IMG/VR virus record: IMGVR_UViG_3300035698_035366
Location: 232,120 to 296,119 of that record
Length of the DNA stretch: 64,000 nucleotides
Reading direction: 5' to 3' (one strand)
This document shows positions 47,757 to 58,822 of the stretch, in pieces (position 1 is the first letter of the stretch; every line of letters starts with the position of its first letter). A program made the translations under genes and the position numbers. The notes under the pieces are model-generated. The model was not told where the DNA came from and made no database searches. It saw nothing but the letters and a program-made list of their open reading frames with translations.

Positions 47757-48965
47757 ATGAAATTTAGAAATTTGGTGTTTATCACCGCATTAATTGCATT
47801 TATTGCACCAGCGGGCGCTCAACCACATAATCCTGATACCACAACATCAATCGAAACCATTGATGAATCTTCAAAAGATTATCAACAGCGTATCTTGTTC
47901 AATTACATACTTGATTATATCCAAAAAAATCATTACAAAAAAGCCACAACCGAGGAATTGGTTCAAGCAGCTATTCAAGGTATGATGCGATCTCTTGACG
48001 CTCATTCGTCATATACCGCTCCAAAGGATGCAGAAAAACAACGAAATGATTTACGCGGTGAAATATCTGGTATCGGCGCTACTTTAACAATTGATAAAGA
48101 ACGTGGAAATAGTCTTACTATTGTTGACGTTCTACCTGGAGGACCAGCAGACAAAGCTGGTATAAAAGCCGGTGACATAATTGATGAAGTGGATGGTCAT
48201 CCTACTAGTTTAGTTGATCTTCAGGGAGCAATTGAAAAAATCACAGGACCAGTTGGCACAGAGGTTAAATTAAAAATTATTCATAAAGGTAAAAAGGAAT
48301 GGTTTACGCTTACAAGAGCAGTTATTAAAAAGCCAATTGTTCGGTTTGAAATATTACAAGATGATATTGCATTTGTACGTTTAGAGCAATTTACACCAAA
48401 TGCAAGTGAACAGATTCGTAAAGCATGGAAAAATATGACAGCTATTACTCCAGCAACGAATATAAAGGGGATTATCTTAGACCTTCGATATAACCCAGGC
48501 GGTTTACTTGATCAAGCAGCAACCATCGTTGATATGTTTTCTTCCCATGGAACAGCGGTAATAGTTAAGGATGGAAACGGTGTTGAGACAGAACGATTTG
48601 ATGTTAGTAAGGAAGTGTTCTTCCCAGAAAATATACCATTAGTTATTCTTATTAATCGTTATTCGGCCTCGGCCTCAGAAATTGTTTCCGGCAGTTTAAA
48701 ACAAATGGGACGAGCATTTCTTATTGGAGAAAAGACTTATGGAAAGGGATCAGTACAAACAGTTTCACCAGTATATAATGGTGGGTTGTTAAGATTAACC
48801 ATGCAGCATTATTTTACGCATAATGATACTAGCCCACACGATGTGGGAATTGAGCCCAACTTGGCAATTATTAACGATGTTAAAAAAACAATCCGCCGCA
48901 CTGGAAAAATACCATTCGATGATCAATTACGGGCAGCTATTAATCATATCAATGCATCTAAATAA
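47757..48965 (+). CDS. S41 carboxy-terminal processing protease (CtpA-like)
   Basis: Signal peptide; LDAHS; PDZ (GIG, PADKAGIKAGD); DLRYNPGGLL; SASASEI; TYGKGSVQ. Confidence 0.95.
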   Translation: MKFRNLVFITALIAFIAPAGAQPHNPDTTTSIETIDESSKDYQQRILFNYILDYIQKNHYKKATTEELVQAAIQGMMRSLDAHSSYTAPKDAEKQRNDLRGEISGIGATLTIDKERGNSLTIVDVLPGGPADKAGIKAGDIIDEVDGHPTSLVDLQGAIEKITGPVGTEVKLKIIHKGKKEWFTLTRAVIKKPIVRFEILQDDIAFVRLEQFTPNASEQIRKAWKNMTAITPATNIKGIILDLRYNPGGLLDQAATIVDMFSSHGTAVIVKDGNGVETERFDVSKEVFFPENIPLVILINRYSASASEIVSGSLKQMGRAFLIGEKTYGKGSVQTVSPVYNGGLLRLTMQHYFTHNDTSPHDVGIEPNLAIINDVKKTIRRTGKIPFDDQLRAAINHINASK

Positions 48966-49164
48966 TAGGCATAAGGAGTTAATATTATGAATGAACTTTC
49001 CACCGATGCGTTAAAAATCGAAATTAATGAAATTCAAGTTAAGACTGAAAAATTAATGAAGAAAGCCGACGATGATGGTATGACTGTACCAAAAATCATT
49101 ATGGATGGTCTTAAAGCTCAATATGCCTCTCTTAATGCTGAATTAGATTCTAGGAGATAACACG

Positions 49165-49632
49165 GTGGTCGGCAACCCACAAAATATGCGTAAGTTTGTT
49201 AATTTATTGGAAAATAAGAAACAGATCAAAGAAGATCAGGTTTCTCTTCGTGATCAAATGGTTGAACGGTTGAAAACAGCCGATAAGAATGATTTTTGGA
49301 GTATTGTTCATGCTATTGGTTGGGGATCAGAGACAACCGATTCCGATTTAATTAAGTCTGCATTACGTGAAGTTTTTACACCAACCCAAATCGAAAGATT
49401 GGATAATAAAGCTGTCGAGTTTAGAAAAGCTCTTCAAACTAGAATTTGGCAATATGAAAAAGAACATGGAATCGTCAATCTTTATGGTGTTGGCGACGAT
49501 GGGTTCTGGGACGTCACGGCTCATGTCGTTGGTTTGGGAAAAGATTTCTATAGCCAAGTTATGAAAGATCCTGGTAGCTATTCGGGAAGAGGGGCGGTTG
49601 AAAATTTTGAATATTCCTTTAGCAAATATTAA
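49165..49632 (+). CDS. Hypothetical protein
   Basis: FWSIV...GDDGFWDV.AHVVGLGKDFY. Confidence 0.6.
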   Translation: MVGNPQNMRKFVNLLENKKQIKEDQVSLRDQMVERLKTADKNDFWSIVHAIGWGSETTDSDLIKSALREVFTPTQIERLDNKAVEFRKALQTRIWQYEKEHGIVNLYGVGDDGFWDVTAHVVGLGKDFYSQVMKDPGSYSGRGAVENFEYSFSKY

Positions 49633-49916
49633 AAACAACTTGACATTGCATATATAATATTGTTAAATTAAGTTTGGGATTTAAATTATGAATATCGCAT
49701 TTAATGAATTTTTCTTAGTAATAATTGTCGCAGTCTGGTTATTTACTGGACAACGAATATATCACATTGTTTCAAATTTCTTGCTGGCTTATCCATTGTT
49801 CATTTCTTCTTCAAGTGAGGAAATACCTGAACGCAATCGTAAAACCAAATAATAAGCATTCTATTGGGATTTTTCACTCCGCCATTGGTTATTGGTATTA
49901 TCTTTTGTTTATTTGA

Positions 49917-50285
49917 CTAATTTGCTGGATGAATAATCGTATTTTTCAAAGCATTTCGGCCAAGGATAAATGGATAGGTCATATTTGATCTATCAGCCAA
50001 GGAAACTTTGATATTCTTTATGATACCATTTACGCTGACTTTCATACGAACAATATAACTTTCTCTGGAACCATTTGCATTTCTAATCGTTTTTGTTCCT
50101 ACCAACGGGAAAGATAATTCAGTACCATTGTGATCAAAGGTAACTATTTCGTTTTTAATCTTGATGTTGTCAGCATGGATTGAAGACGTAGTCGCGCCTG
50201 TATCTATTCTAGCATCCAATTTACCGATTTTTGGTATCTTAACAACTGTTTTATATCCGAAGATTTCAATCGTTTTCAGAGACAT
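49917..50285 (-). CDS. RimK-associated retropepsin-like (putative Zn/Asp) protease
   Basis: ARIDTGATTSSIHA; SLADRSNMTYPFILGR. Confidence 0.9.
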   Translation of the reverse strand: MSLKTIEIFGYKTVVKIPKIGKLDARIDTGATTSSIHADNIKIKNEIVTFDHNGTELSFPLVGTKTIRNANGSRESYIVRMKVSVNGIIKNIKVSLADRSNMTYPFILGRNALKNTIIHPAN

Positions 50286-50936
50286 TTACTTGTTCTTCTG
50301 AATCTTCATCTTGTAATGATTCTTTATTTTCATCTAATGTTGGATCTGATTTTCTATTTGGATCCATTTCCGCGTCGTTTTCAGCTGTCAAATCAGCTAT
50401 TTGCTTGATTGGCGCATTAGTTTGCCATTCAGCTATAACTTCTTTCCATCTCATATTACAATACTCATTATTAAACGTATACTATTTATACCCATTATTG
50501 TTGACAAGAAGTCAAATCGTGTTATAATAATATTATAAACAACTTATAAGGTGATTTAAATGTCTACAATATTTAAAGGTTTAGCGTGGGTTTGGTTAAT
50601 TATCGTTACGCTTATCCTGATGACATTTGTTATTGACACCAATGAACAAAGTTATATTGGGGTAGCGGTTGTGTGGATGATATTCAATATCCCGACTGTT
50701 ATCACATATGGCTTTGGTGCGGTTTTGAAAAGAATCTAAAAACATATAAATCTGTATTGTGTTTTGGTTAAATATAGTATAATATACAAAGTAGCCAATA
50801 CATGATAGTAAATTAGTGGTTTAATACATAAAAGCGATAAATTTTCGTAAATAAATCAAGGTGTTATAAATGCTATTGTGTGAGAGATGCGTGTTGCTAC
50901 ACAACTAGCATATTGTTAACTATTAAGGGGATTATA

Positions 50937-51551
50937 ATGCCATTAGATCCAGGAACTGAAGAAGAATTAACCAACGCTTATCGCAAAATGATGATCCGCA
51001 CCGACAAGATGTATAATCACCCAGGGGATCGATCATACAGAGTTTATAATTTCTCTTTGCGTGGAAATGCCATATTTAATTATGCTGTGCCTCCATCTGC
51101 CGGATGTCATTATCCTGATGCCGAAAAGCGTCAAATATCTGAAGATCATTATATTGAGCAGTTCGATAAGAAAAATAGTAATTTCTATGCAAATCTTGAA
51201 CAAGATGTTTTAAAGAATGGTTTTCGTAATCCAATCTTAATTACGCGCGGCTGGGCTCCAGATAGTGCAAAAAAGCGAATTGATCAGGGATTTCCTGATA
51301 TGGATTATGAAAATACCATGTTTTGTTGCACATTCGGGGGAAGCCGTCTCTGGGTTGCAACAAAGCATAAAATGCTTATTCCGTGTATTGTGGTTGATTA
51401 TACCAATGGTCCATTAATATCTTCTAGAATTGACTATGTCGGTGATTTATATCGTTTATTTAATGATATGCCTGGTCCAATTATGTTCAATGATGATTCA
51501 TTGCGCATCACACCACCCAAATTTTCTCCAACGAATTATCCACTAGCATAA
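50937..51551 (+). CDS. ParB/Srx-like domain protein
   Basis: VLKNGFRNPILI...GGSRLWVA; paralog of 28951. Confidence 0.65.
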   Translation: MPLDPGTEEELTNAYRKMMIRTDKMYNHPGDRSYRVYNFSLRGNAIFNYAVPPSAGCHYPDAEKRQISEDHYIEQFDKKNSNFYANLEQDVLKNGFRNPILITRGWAPDSAKKRIDQGFPDMDYENTMFCCTFGGSRLWVATKHKMLIPCIVVDYTNGPLISSRIDYVGDLYRLFNDMPGPIMFNDDSLRITPPKFSPTNYPLA

Positions 51552-51579
51552 TTATCTCGGTTCAACACTTAAATACTGG

Positions 51580-52275
51580 ATGAAAAGAATAATGTATGAA
51601 CTAGTAGAAATCAAGCGATCGCATAATATTTTGTGTGCATTTATGAAACAGGATCCAATTCATCCTCTTCATGGTGCTGCAAATCTTAGTCACAGGTTTT
51701 CTGCATCACATCGCAATTATGCATATGTTAATGAGAATAATGATCCGGTAATGATTTGTTGCATCAAACTATCCCATAAACCAATTGGCAAAATGGATGA
51801 TATTTTTAATACCGTCGACGATTATAATGACAAGGACGCCAAAATTAGAAATGTCCTAACATTTTATAGTATATTTAGGACAAAGGTTGAAAGTGTAGAT
51901 ATTGGAAAAGATTTGGGTTTATCGTTAATGATGGATGTAACAAAATTGATTCACAGCGAATTTGATGAAATCAAGGTTATAAGAACACTAAGTCCGATAC
52001 CCACATTATCTGAACATTGCGCAAACCTCGTTGGAGAAGAAGCTGTTAGCAATTATATAAAAAGCAAACGAGATCCTGTTGCTAAATTCCATCTGCGTAA
52101 TAAGGCGAAAATGTCGGGAGTTATATTTAATGCAGATTGCAGCAAACTACGCCAGGAACAAAGTTATGGGTGGATGGTAGCATATGATTATTCTGATTGT
52201 TCATTATTTAAAAAAGATGAAGAAGTTGCTGAAGAACTCAAGGAAGTAATACCAAGTAAAGTAGAAGGTAAGTAA
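51580..52275 (+). CDS. Malonyl-CoA decarboxylase-like (catalytic GNAT domain only)
   Basis: DPIHP, TFYSI, TLSPIP, DPVAKFHLRN.A, AD.S....QSYG.MV.Y.Y. Confidence 0.8.
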   Translation: MKRIMYELVEIKRSHNILCAFMKQDPIHPLHGAANLSHRFSASHRNYAYVNENNDPVMICCIKLSHKPIGKMDDIFNTVDDYNDKDAKIRNVLTFYSIFRTKVESVDIGKDLGLSLMMDVTKLIHSEFDEIKVIRTLSPIPTLSEHCANLVGEEAVSNYIKSKRDPVAKFHLRNKAKMSGVIFNADCSKLRQEQSYGWMVAYDYSDCSLFKKDEEVAEELKEVIPSKVEGK

Positions 52276-52336
52276 TATAGACATCCAAGTAATAATCCTT
52301 TATTATTGTATTTTTACTAATAAAGGATTAATAAAA

Positions 52337-53314
52337 ATGTCCAATTACAAATATATTGTTTATTTCGCTGGTCCCATAACAGGCCTCTCTTACGGTTCTG
52401 CTACAGACTGGAGAGATTATGCTAAGTCCAAATTAGACGCAAGTATTGTTGGAATGAGTCCATTGCGTGGTAAGTCATATCTAAGTCAAATTGAAAATAT
52501 TCAAAACACACATGAAGATATCGCATTAAGTTGCGCAAAGGGAATTACCGCCCGGGACTTCAATGATTGCAAACGCGCCGATATGGTAATTGCTAATTTT
52601 GTTGAATCCAACATTCAAGATGAATTCGCAAAACAACATGGTTATGCCGGCATGGCAGATCTACTCGATGAAGCATTCATTCTTAATAATACCCTTCCCA
52701 ATACGCTCAACGAAGAAAAGTTACGCAATCTTCCATACGGTATTGTTTATATCAATGCTGATATTTGGGGAAAGTTGAGACAAAAAGCGGCAGATATTTT
52801 ACGGGTAAACACAATGGCTTGGGCCCGTCTCCGCCTTCCATTTAAAGATGATATAGCAATCGATCAAGTGACACTTGTTAACACATGGGTTGAAAACTTT
52901 ATTATATGCATTGAAGAAAAAGTTAAAATGGATAAACTAATGTCGATTTCTGGTCACGGTTTTAAGACAGATGACTTTGATACCAGTAGAGAACTATGGA
53001 TTAGACATGATTCATGGTGTTCATACGCGACACGAGTTTTGTCAAATTGGAGCGAATTTTGCAAGTTATATTCGTTAGAATCATATTTTTCTATCGCCAA
53101 GAAACAGGCATTAAACAATGATAAACAGGGATTAGTGGAATTTTTCAATGGTCTGTTTGAATTACTGTTGATTAACATGGCATTATGGAAAGTTAGAGAA
53201 AATTGGTGTCCAAAGCCTTCACCGCAGGATTATTCAATTTCAAGCTTCCACGATGACATGGCTGCAGAAGTAGCCAAACGATTTCTTAATGAACGAGATA
53301 AAGATGATTATTAA
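52337..53314 (+). CDS. N-terminal nucleoside-deoxyribosyltransferase-like region fused to an unknown domain
   Basis: VYFAGPITG...DWR...SPLRGK...RD..D....D.VIANF. Confidence 0.65.
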   Translation: MSNYKYIVYFAGPITGLSYGSATDWRDYAKSKLDASIVGMSPLRGKSYLSQIENIQNTHEDIALSCAKGITARDFNDCKRADMVIANFVESNIQDEFAKQHGYAGMADLLDEAFILNNTLPNTLNEEKLRNLPYGIVYINADIWGKLRQKAADILRVNTMAWARLRLPFKDDIAIDQVTLVNTWVENFIICIEEKVKMDKLMSISGHGFKTDDFDTSRELWIRHDSWCSYATRVLSNWSEFCKLYSLESYFSIAKKQALNNDKQGLVEFFNGLFELLLINMALWKVRENWCPKPSPQDYSISSFHDDMAAEVAKRFLNERDKDDY

Positions 53315-54107
53315 GCTTGACATTTAATTTAGATATGTTATCATTAGTTATTGAAATTATAGCAAATGGAATGAGAATATGTCTCTACTGAAGCGCAAAT
53401 TGGTTATAAAGGCCTGCAGAGTATGGGCTAAGACTGATAATCGAACATTCAGATTACAAATGCGCCCCATTGCCGAAATGGCGCGAGGATTTGTTATCGT
53501 TGAATCAATCAACACCCTCGAATTTGGCATTCCCGGAGATGAGCTACTTCGAGAAGAAATTGATAATATTCTGAAGAATAACGCCCTTGACATTCGGAAT
53601 GGAACGTTGACGATTGATATTATCAAAGGCTAAACCACCAGCAAATAATGTAATTATTGATAGAAAGAATTATTATGAACCCCTCCGCAGAATGGCTACA
53701 AGGTCGGAATTATCTCGCAACTTTTTACGGTGAGCGATTCGCTGATGCCTCGATAGCTTCTGCAAAAGTACAGATGCTGAAAAATAACGCAAACTTTAAG
53801 CGCATGGATGACCTCCGATGGAAATCGGTTCATTTCAAAAGCGGGATGATCGGTCGCCTGGTTGCTAAGATCGCGTATTATTTCCTCAATGTGTGTTATC
53901 CATATCGTTTGTACGAAGAAGAACAAATCGCCCTCGCTGAGCGCATGATCCGAATCGGTGAGGCCATTGTTTTTGTTACCCCTCCCAATAGTTCTTGCAT
54001 GTTTCCAAGCAACTGGTATCAAGCTAAACACCGTTCCAAAGGTTGACAAGCTTCAAACCTATGCTATAATAGTGGAACAAGCAAACAACTTACATGGAGA
54101 TCGAAAA

Positions 54108-54404
54108 ATGGTAAAGCATGATTTTAAGGTTGGTGATGGTGTGTCCTACAGCGCAGGAAGCGATCGTTATCCCGGTACCGTGATTCGAGTTACGAATACT
54201 CGGATTTTTGTTCAGGACGACAAATATGAATGCACAAGCCCCGCAAGCGCATACGGCGCAGATGATGCCGTTTTCAAATTCACGCCCAACACTGAAGGCG
54301 GCGTCCGGATGTACAGCGTGAAGAATAACGGTCGAATTAGCGGCAAGGGTGGTTATGGCGGCATTGGCCATGGTCGGCGCTATTACCAGGATCCAAGTTT
54401 TTAA
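54108..54404 (+). CDS. Hypothetical early protein (SH3-like)
   Basis: VGDG.....SDRYPGTVI...GRRYYQDPSF; promoter module. Confidence 0.7.
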   Translation: MVKHDFKVGDGVSYSAGSDRYPGTVIRVTNTRIFVQDDKYECTSPASAYGADDAVFKFTPNTEGGVRMYSVKNNGRISGKGGYGGIGHGRRYYQDPSF

Positions 54405-54516
54405 GGTAGGAACAATCTCCTTTCAAACGGCGATTAGTAACGTCAGTTAAAAAGATTTCTTGACAGTGGCATGTTCCTACCGAGGGTGTGAGTGGCCCAA
54501 AGAAATCATTTACTAA
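54405..54516 (+). ncRNA. Candidate double-pseudoknot RNA
   Basis: ggtaggaaca/tgttcctacc; gatttct/agaaatc; ttagtaa/ttactaa. Confidence 0.55.
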
Positions 54517-54550
54517 ACACAGAACCCGGACAATCCGGGTTTTGTTGTGA
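54517..54550 (+). terminator. Terminator-like hairpin
   Basis: cagaacccgga-caa-tccgggttttg. Confidence 0.65.
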
Positions 54551-55203
54551 ATAGTGGTTGACACCCAGACAAGTGTGTTATATTATATTGTTGAATAATA
54601 ATTGGAGCATGTAATGAAGATTAATGTTATCAAAAAAGAAATACATCGCCTAAACGGAATTATGTCTTTAGCGAAATTGATCGAACGGCCGCAAGAACGT
54701 ATTCAATATTCAGGAAAAACTAATCGGTTATTGAATGTTACGGATACCGATAATATCCTGGGAGACGCTGTACAAAAATTTGCAATCTTTTTTGTTAACG
54801 ATGTGGGGATACGATTCCAAACAGTCTTATCAAAAAATAGGTTTATTCGAAACGACGTAGTTCTTGCTTCGGTTCGAAAAGCTGATATACCAGTTTATCA
54901 AAAACTAGCCCAGATCAAAATTGACCCAAATACCGTTATCGAAGGAAAACTCTATATTTCACCAGAGCTTGTTCGATTTAACGATTTTGAATTAAACATG
55001 AGTTCATTCCAAAAAGCTACGAAGTCGAGATACGCACCATACGATGTCGCCGGAGCCTTCCAGAACTCTTATGGATGGTCTTGGAATATTGTTATGGTTC
55101 CCGCAATTAAAGAGTGGCTTGAAAAGAATAACATTGAACTTTAGGGGTTGACATCAACATTTATTATGTTATACTTTACAAAATTATAACTATGGAGATC
55201 TAG

Positions 55204-57576
55204 ATGCGCCTGAGCAATAATATTGAAAACGTAGAGACCACTGGTGTTAGTGACCAGGTAAATTTCTCAATTACCGCTAGTGCGAAAGCCTTCCAGATTC
55301 TTTCGGATGGACTTTATTCTGATAAGATTCGAGCAATTATTCGTGAGCTGGCATGCAATGCACATGATGCTCATGTTGCCGCTGGATGCCCAGATCGCAA
55401 ATTCGATGTACAGTTCCCAACGGCGATGGAACCTGAATTCGTTATTCGGGATTACGGAATTGGGTTGAGTTATGATGACGTAATGCATCTGTACACCACA
55501 TATTTTGACAGCACAAAAACCCAGTCAAATGATTTCACCGGCGCACTTGGTCTTGGCTCAAAGAGTCCATTCAGTTACACCAAATCCTTTACCGTCATCA
55601 GCTATCATGGTGGTAAGAAGATGACGTTTACGTCGTTTATTGGTGAGAATGGCACGCCGCAATGTGCTCATATGTTCACCGAGCCAAGCACGGAAGAAGT
55701 TGGTCTTGAAGTCCGCTTCGGTGTTAATGATAGCGACTTTTATCAATTCGAAAATCGAGCCCAGCGCGTTTTCCGCTTTTTCAATAATGTTCCGAATATT
55801 ACTGGGATAGAATTTATCCAAGAGGAACAGACCATTATCGCCAGCGGTGAAGGCTGGCGGATTATCCGAAATGGTCGGCACCATAATGGTCGTGTTTTTG
55901 TTGTTCAAGGAAATGTTGGTTATCCCGTTAACGCAGATAGTATCAAGTTTGCAGACAATGAAACACCAATCCACAAGTTCCTGTCTCTTTCCAATGCCAC
56001 TGTTGAAATTGATTTCCCAATCGGTGAGCTCCAGTTTGCTGCTAGTCGCGAAGAACTTGGGTATGATGACGGGACACAGAAAAATCTCAAGGATCGTACC
56101 CGTGAAATTATGGCGGAAATCGCTGCAATGGTTAGCGATGATATTAAGGACGCCAAGACGCTTTGGGAAGCCCATATCAAACTTCATGATATTACTGAAA
56201 ATTATGGTCAATCATTGCTTGACTCATTGTCGGATGACTTTGCTCCAACCTGGCAAGGTCGACCGGTTCATAAAGAGAAATTAATGGTTGACTTGGATGA
56301 ATTTTCAGTAAGCCGTGGATATACTAAGTGGGGTGGCGGGAAATTCGACGAAGATGAAAACACTTTGGACTTGATGGTTAGCAAGTTTATCGAACCGTCA
56401 GAAGGTATTAATTGGAAAAAGATCAACGATGATCGTACATATGGTCGCGGCGCATATACAACACACATTTTTGACCGAACAGGATCCAAAATTACCATCC
56501 GTCCGGCATCACGTGTAACAATCATCGTTGATGATGTTCGCAAGCGCGGCATTTACAGCCGTATCAATAATGCGCTGCAAGATGCTCAATGGCGGAAGGC
56601 GAATAATGTACAGAGGCAAACCCTTGCGCTGTTTGAATTCTCAAACGACAATGATCAAGAAGCACTTCTAAACGAACTTGGAAATCCACCGGTTATCAAG
56701 GTTAGTGAACTACCTGCAAAGGTTGTTGGAAATAGCCGCGGCGATCATAATATCTTTCAATGCTCGTTCAAAGGACATAATGTTCGTGACCGTTGGACCC
56801 CAGAAACAGAGATTGGTCTAGAAGATGGTGGCATTTATGTGGAATTAAAGGCATTTATTCCGTATAAAGCAAATAGGGACAAATGGGACAATTCATTGTT
56901 TCGTAATATTATTAATGACGCAGTAGCATTGGGACTTCTCAAAGATGTATCTGATGTTAAGGGTTTCCGTGTTGCCCAGGTTAAAGAATACGAATTGGAT
57001 AAAAACCCAGATTGGATTGAATTTGGTGATTTCATGCGGGCTGAGATTTTGAAGAAATTGAAATGGACGCGCCTAGGTAAAAAGACGGTCCAGTCTTCTT
57101 CGAATCGGTTCGGCAATCGAGAGTATAAAATTGATAGCTTAAATGCAAAAAACAAGAATTGGGATCTTCTTGATAAGGAAACTGATCTCTGGAAGTTTAT
57201 TGAAAAAATACGCGATGTTAACCGAGACGAAATTAAACTTCGAGTACCAAAGTCTTTTGAAAAATATAACAAAGCCAATAATAACCGTTATAACGTAACA
57301 TGGGATATCAAGCTTGTTGAGATGGCTCGCATTATGCATATTAATATTCACGACGAGTTTGTTCTTGAACAGGATAATTTGAGCAAACAATACGATGAAA
57401 TTGCAACCAAATATCCAATGGTTTGTGCAATTGAACTAGATAGCTATGAACATAAACGAGCCGATCTATCCAACCCCAAACCCGTGATATCACAAGAGCC
57501 TGGCAACTATCGAACAGACATCAATGATGTTATGGCATGGCAATTGTGGGATGCAGTTGTTAATATCAAAGATTGA
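55204..57576 (+). CDS. rIIA: RIIA lysis-inhibition / exclusion-protection protein (GHKL domain)
   Basis: AFQILSDGLYSDKIRAIIRELACNA.DAH; IRDYGIGLS; SNDFTGALGLGSKSPFSY. Confidence 0.93.
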   Translation: MRLSNNIENVETTGVSDQVNFSITASAKAFQILSDGLYSDKIRAIIRELACNAHDAHVAAGCPDRKFDVQFPTAMEPEFVIRDYGIGLSYDDVMHLYTTYFDSTKTQSNDFTGALGLGSKSPFSYTKSFTVISYHGGKKMTFTSFIGENGTPQCAHMFTEPSTEEVGLEVRFGVNDSDFYQFENRAQRVFRFFNNVPNITGIEFIQEEQTIIASGEGWRIIRNGRHHNGRVFVVQGNVGYPVNADSIKFADNETPIHKFLSLSNATVEIDFPIGELQFAASREELGYDDGTQKNLKDRTREIMAEIAAMVSDDIKDAKTLWEAHIKLHDITENYGQSLLDSLSDDFAPTWQGRPVHKEKLMVDLDEFSVSRGYTKWGGGKFDEDENTLDLMVSKFIEPSEGINWKKINDDRTYGRGAYTTHIFDRTGSKITIRPASRVTIIVDDVRKRGIYSRINNALQDAQWRKANNVQRQTLALFEFSNDNDQEALLNELGNPPVIKVSELPAKVVGNSRGDHNIFQCSFKGHNVRDRWTPETEIGLEDGGIYVELKAFIPYKANRDKWDNSLFRNIINDAVALGLLKDVSDVKGFRVAQVKEYELDKNPDWIEFGDFMRAEILKKLKWTRLGKKTVQSSSNRFGNREYKIDSLNAKNKNWDLLDKETDLWKFIEKIRDVNRDEIKLRVPKSFEKYNKANNNRYNVTWDIKLVEMARIMHINIHDEFVLEQDNLSKQYDEIATKYPMVCAIELDSYEHKRADLSNPKPVISQEPGNYRTDINDVMAWQLWDAVVNIKD

Positions 57577-57605
57577 CAGTCCTGAATAACGTGTTATAAT
57601 ACATT

Positions 57606-58094
57606 ATGACTGAAACTTGGTATAAATCTTCGGGAACGATTGTTTATGATCCCCCGCGTCCGAAGCTTCGAAAGCGACCGGACCATTGGGTTGTAATCAA
57701 TGCTGATTATGAAATCGCCCGTTATTTCCGCTATTGGGTGGATAAGGAAGTCTTGAACCCTCTTGGTTTTGAGAAGGGTGGTCTCGCTGAGCCCAGCTGG
57801 GGAGCCCATATTAGTATCATTCGCGGCCTTAACGATATACGCAATTGTCCGTTTGATTGGAAGACTATCTGGAAGCGTTATCACGGACAGAAAGTTGAGT
57901 TTGAATATAGCAATAAGGTCCGTTATACTGGCGATACTACTGGGCACGATCGTCCGGGAGATTATTGGTTCGTTGAGGTTCGTTGCCCGTTAGCGGAACA
58001 GATACGCGACGAATTCAAGTTGATCCGTGATTGGTCGCTACATCTTACGATTGGTCGGACTTGGCCTGATCGCGTTGTAAAGCTCAAGAAGTAG
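57606..58094 (+). CDS. 2H phosphoesterase
   Basis: Two HxS/T motifs: AHISII and LHLTIG. Confidence 0.8.
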   Translation: MTETWYKSSGTIVYDPPRPKLRKRPDHWVVINADYEIARYFRYWVDKEVLNPLGFEKGGLAEPSWGAHISIIRGLNDIRNCPFDWKTIWKRYHGQKVEFEYSNKVRYTGDTTGHDRPGDYWFVEVRCPLAEQIRDEFKLIRDWSLHLTIGRTWPDRVVKLKK

Positions 58095-58797
58095 TATCGA
58101 GGTGCTTCCAGGTTCGTCCAGCAATGATGTCCTGGATAGTGCCTTGAGCTACGCCATATTCCTTACACCAAGCATTTAATATTTTACCACGGTGACCTAT
58201 CGGAGTTGTTTTATATGTTTGAGCAGAAGCCTTAATAATGCGGACAGCTTGCTCTGTCATCTTGGCAAGATAGCAATTTTCACCTTGGACTTTCTTTCTA
58301 CCTTCATAATATTTGGCAGTTTGTTTTTTGCCATACATTGGATTGCCAGATCCTTTTCTTTGATCACTTATTTCTTTCTTTCTTTCTTTGGAAAATTTAC
58401 AACCTTGTCTATTTTGCAAAGCGTTACCTTTCATTCGTTTCCGGAATTCGTCGCGTCTTTTTTCAGCCCCGTCAAGAAGCCAAGGATTAGGAGGATTGAC
58501 TCCTAAGGCAATATTCATCAAACAACCTTGAGGTTCGATTTCACGCCTTCCAAAGAATAATATCAATTCTTCCTCTATCCTGATCGCCTCATTTTCTTCT
58601 AATCCTGTATGGACTAATCGAATTATTGGTTGCTGCCCAGAGCGGAGTATCTTTTGGAGTTTTCGATATTTACGTTCGTTAATAGTTGTATCAACAGTTT
58701 CGTTTAGATGAGCCTGCCAGCGTTTATTACATCCTTTTCCGATGTAGAATGGTTTAAGATCTGTCGGATCTATATAGACATATACATAATATTTCAT
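58084..58797 (-). mobile_element. GIY-YIG homing endonuclease (NUMOD3-type repeats)
   Basis: YYVYVYIDP....FYIGKG...R...H; GSGNPMYGKK; inserted antisense between rIIA and rIIB. Confidence 0.9.
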
Positions 58798-58822
58798 ATT
58801 GATTCTCCTTGGTTTTTCGTGT

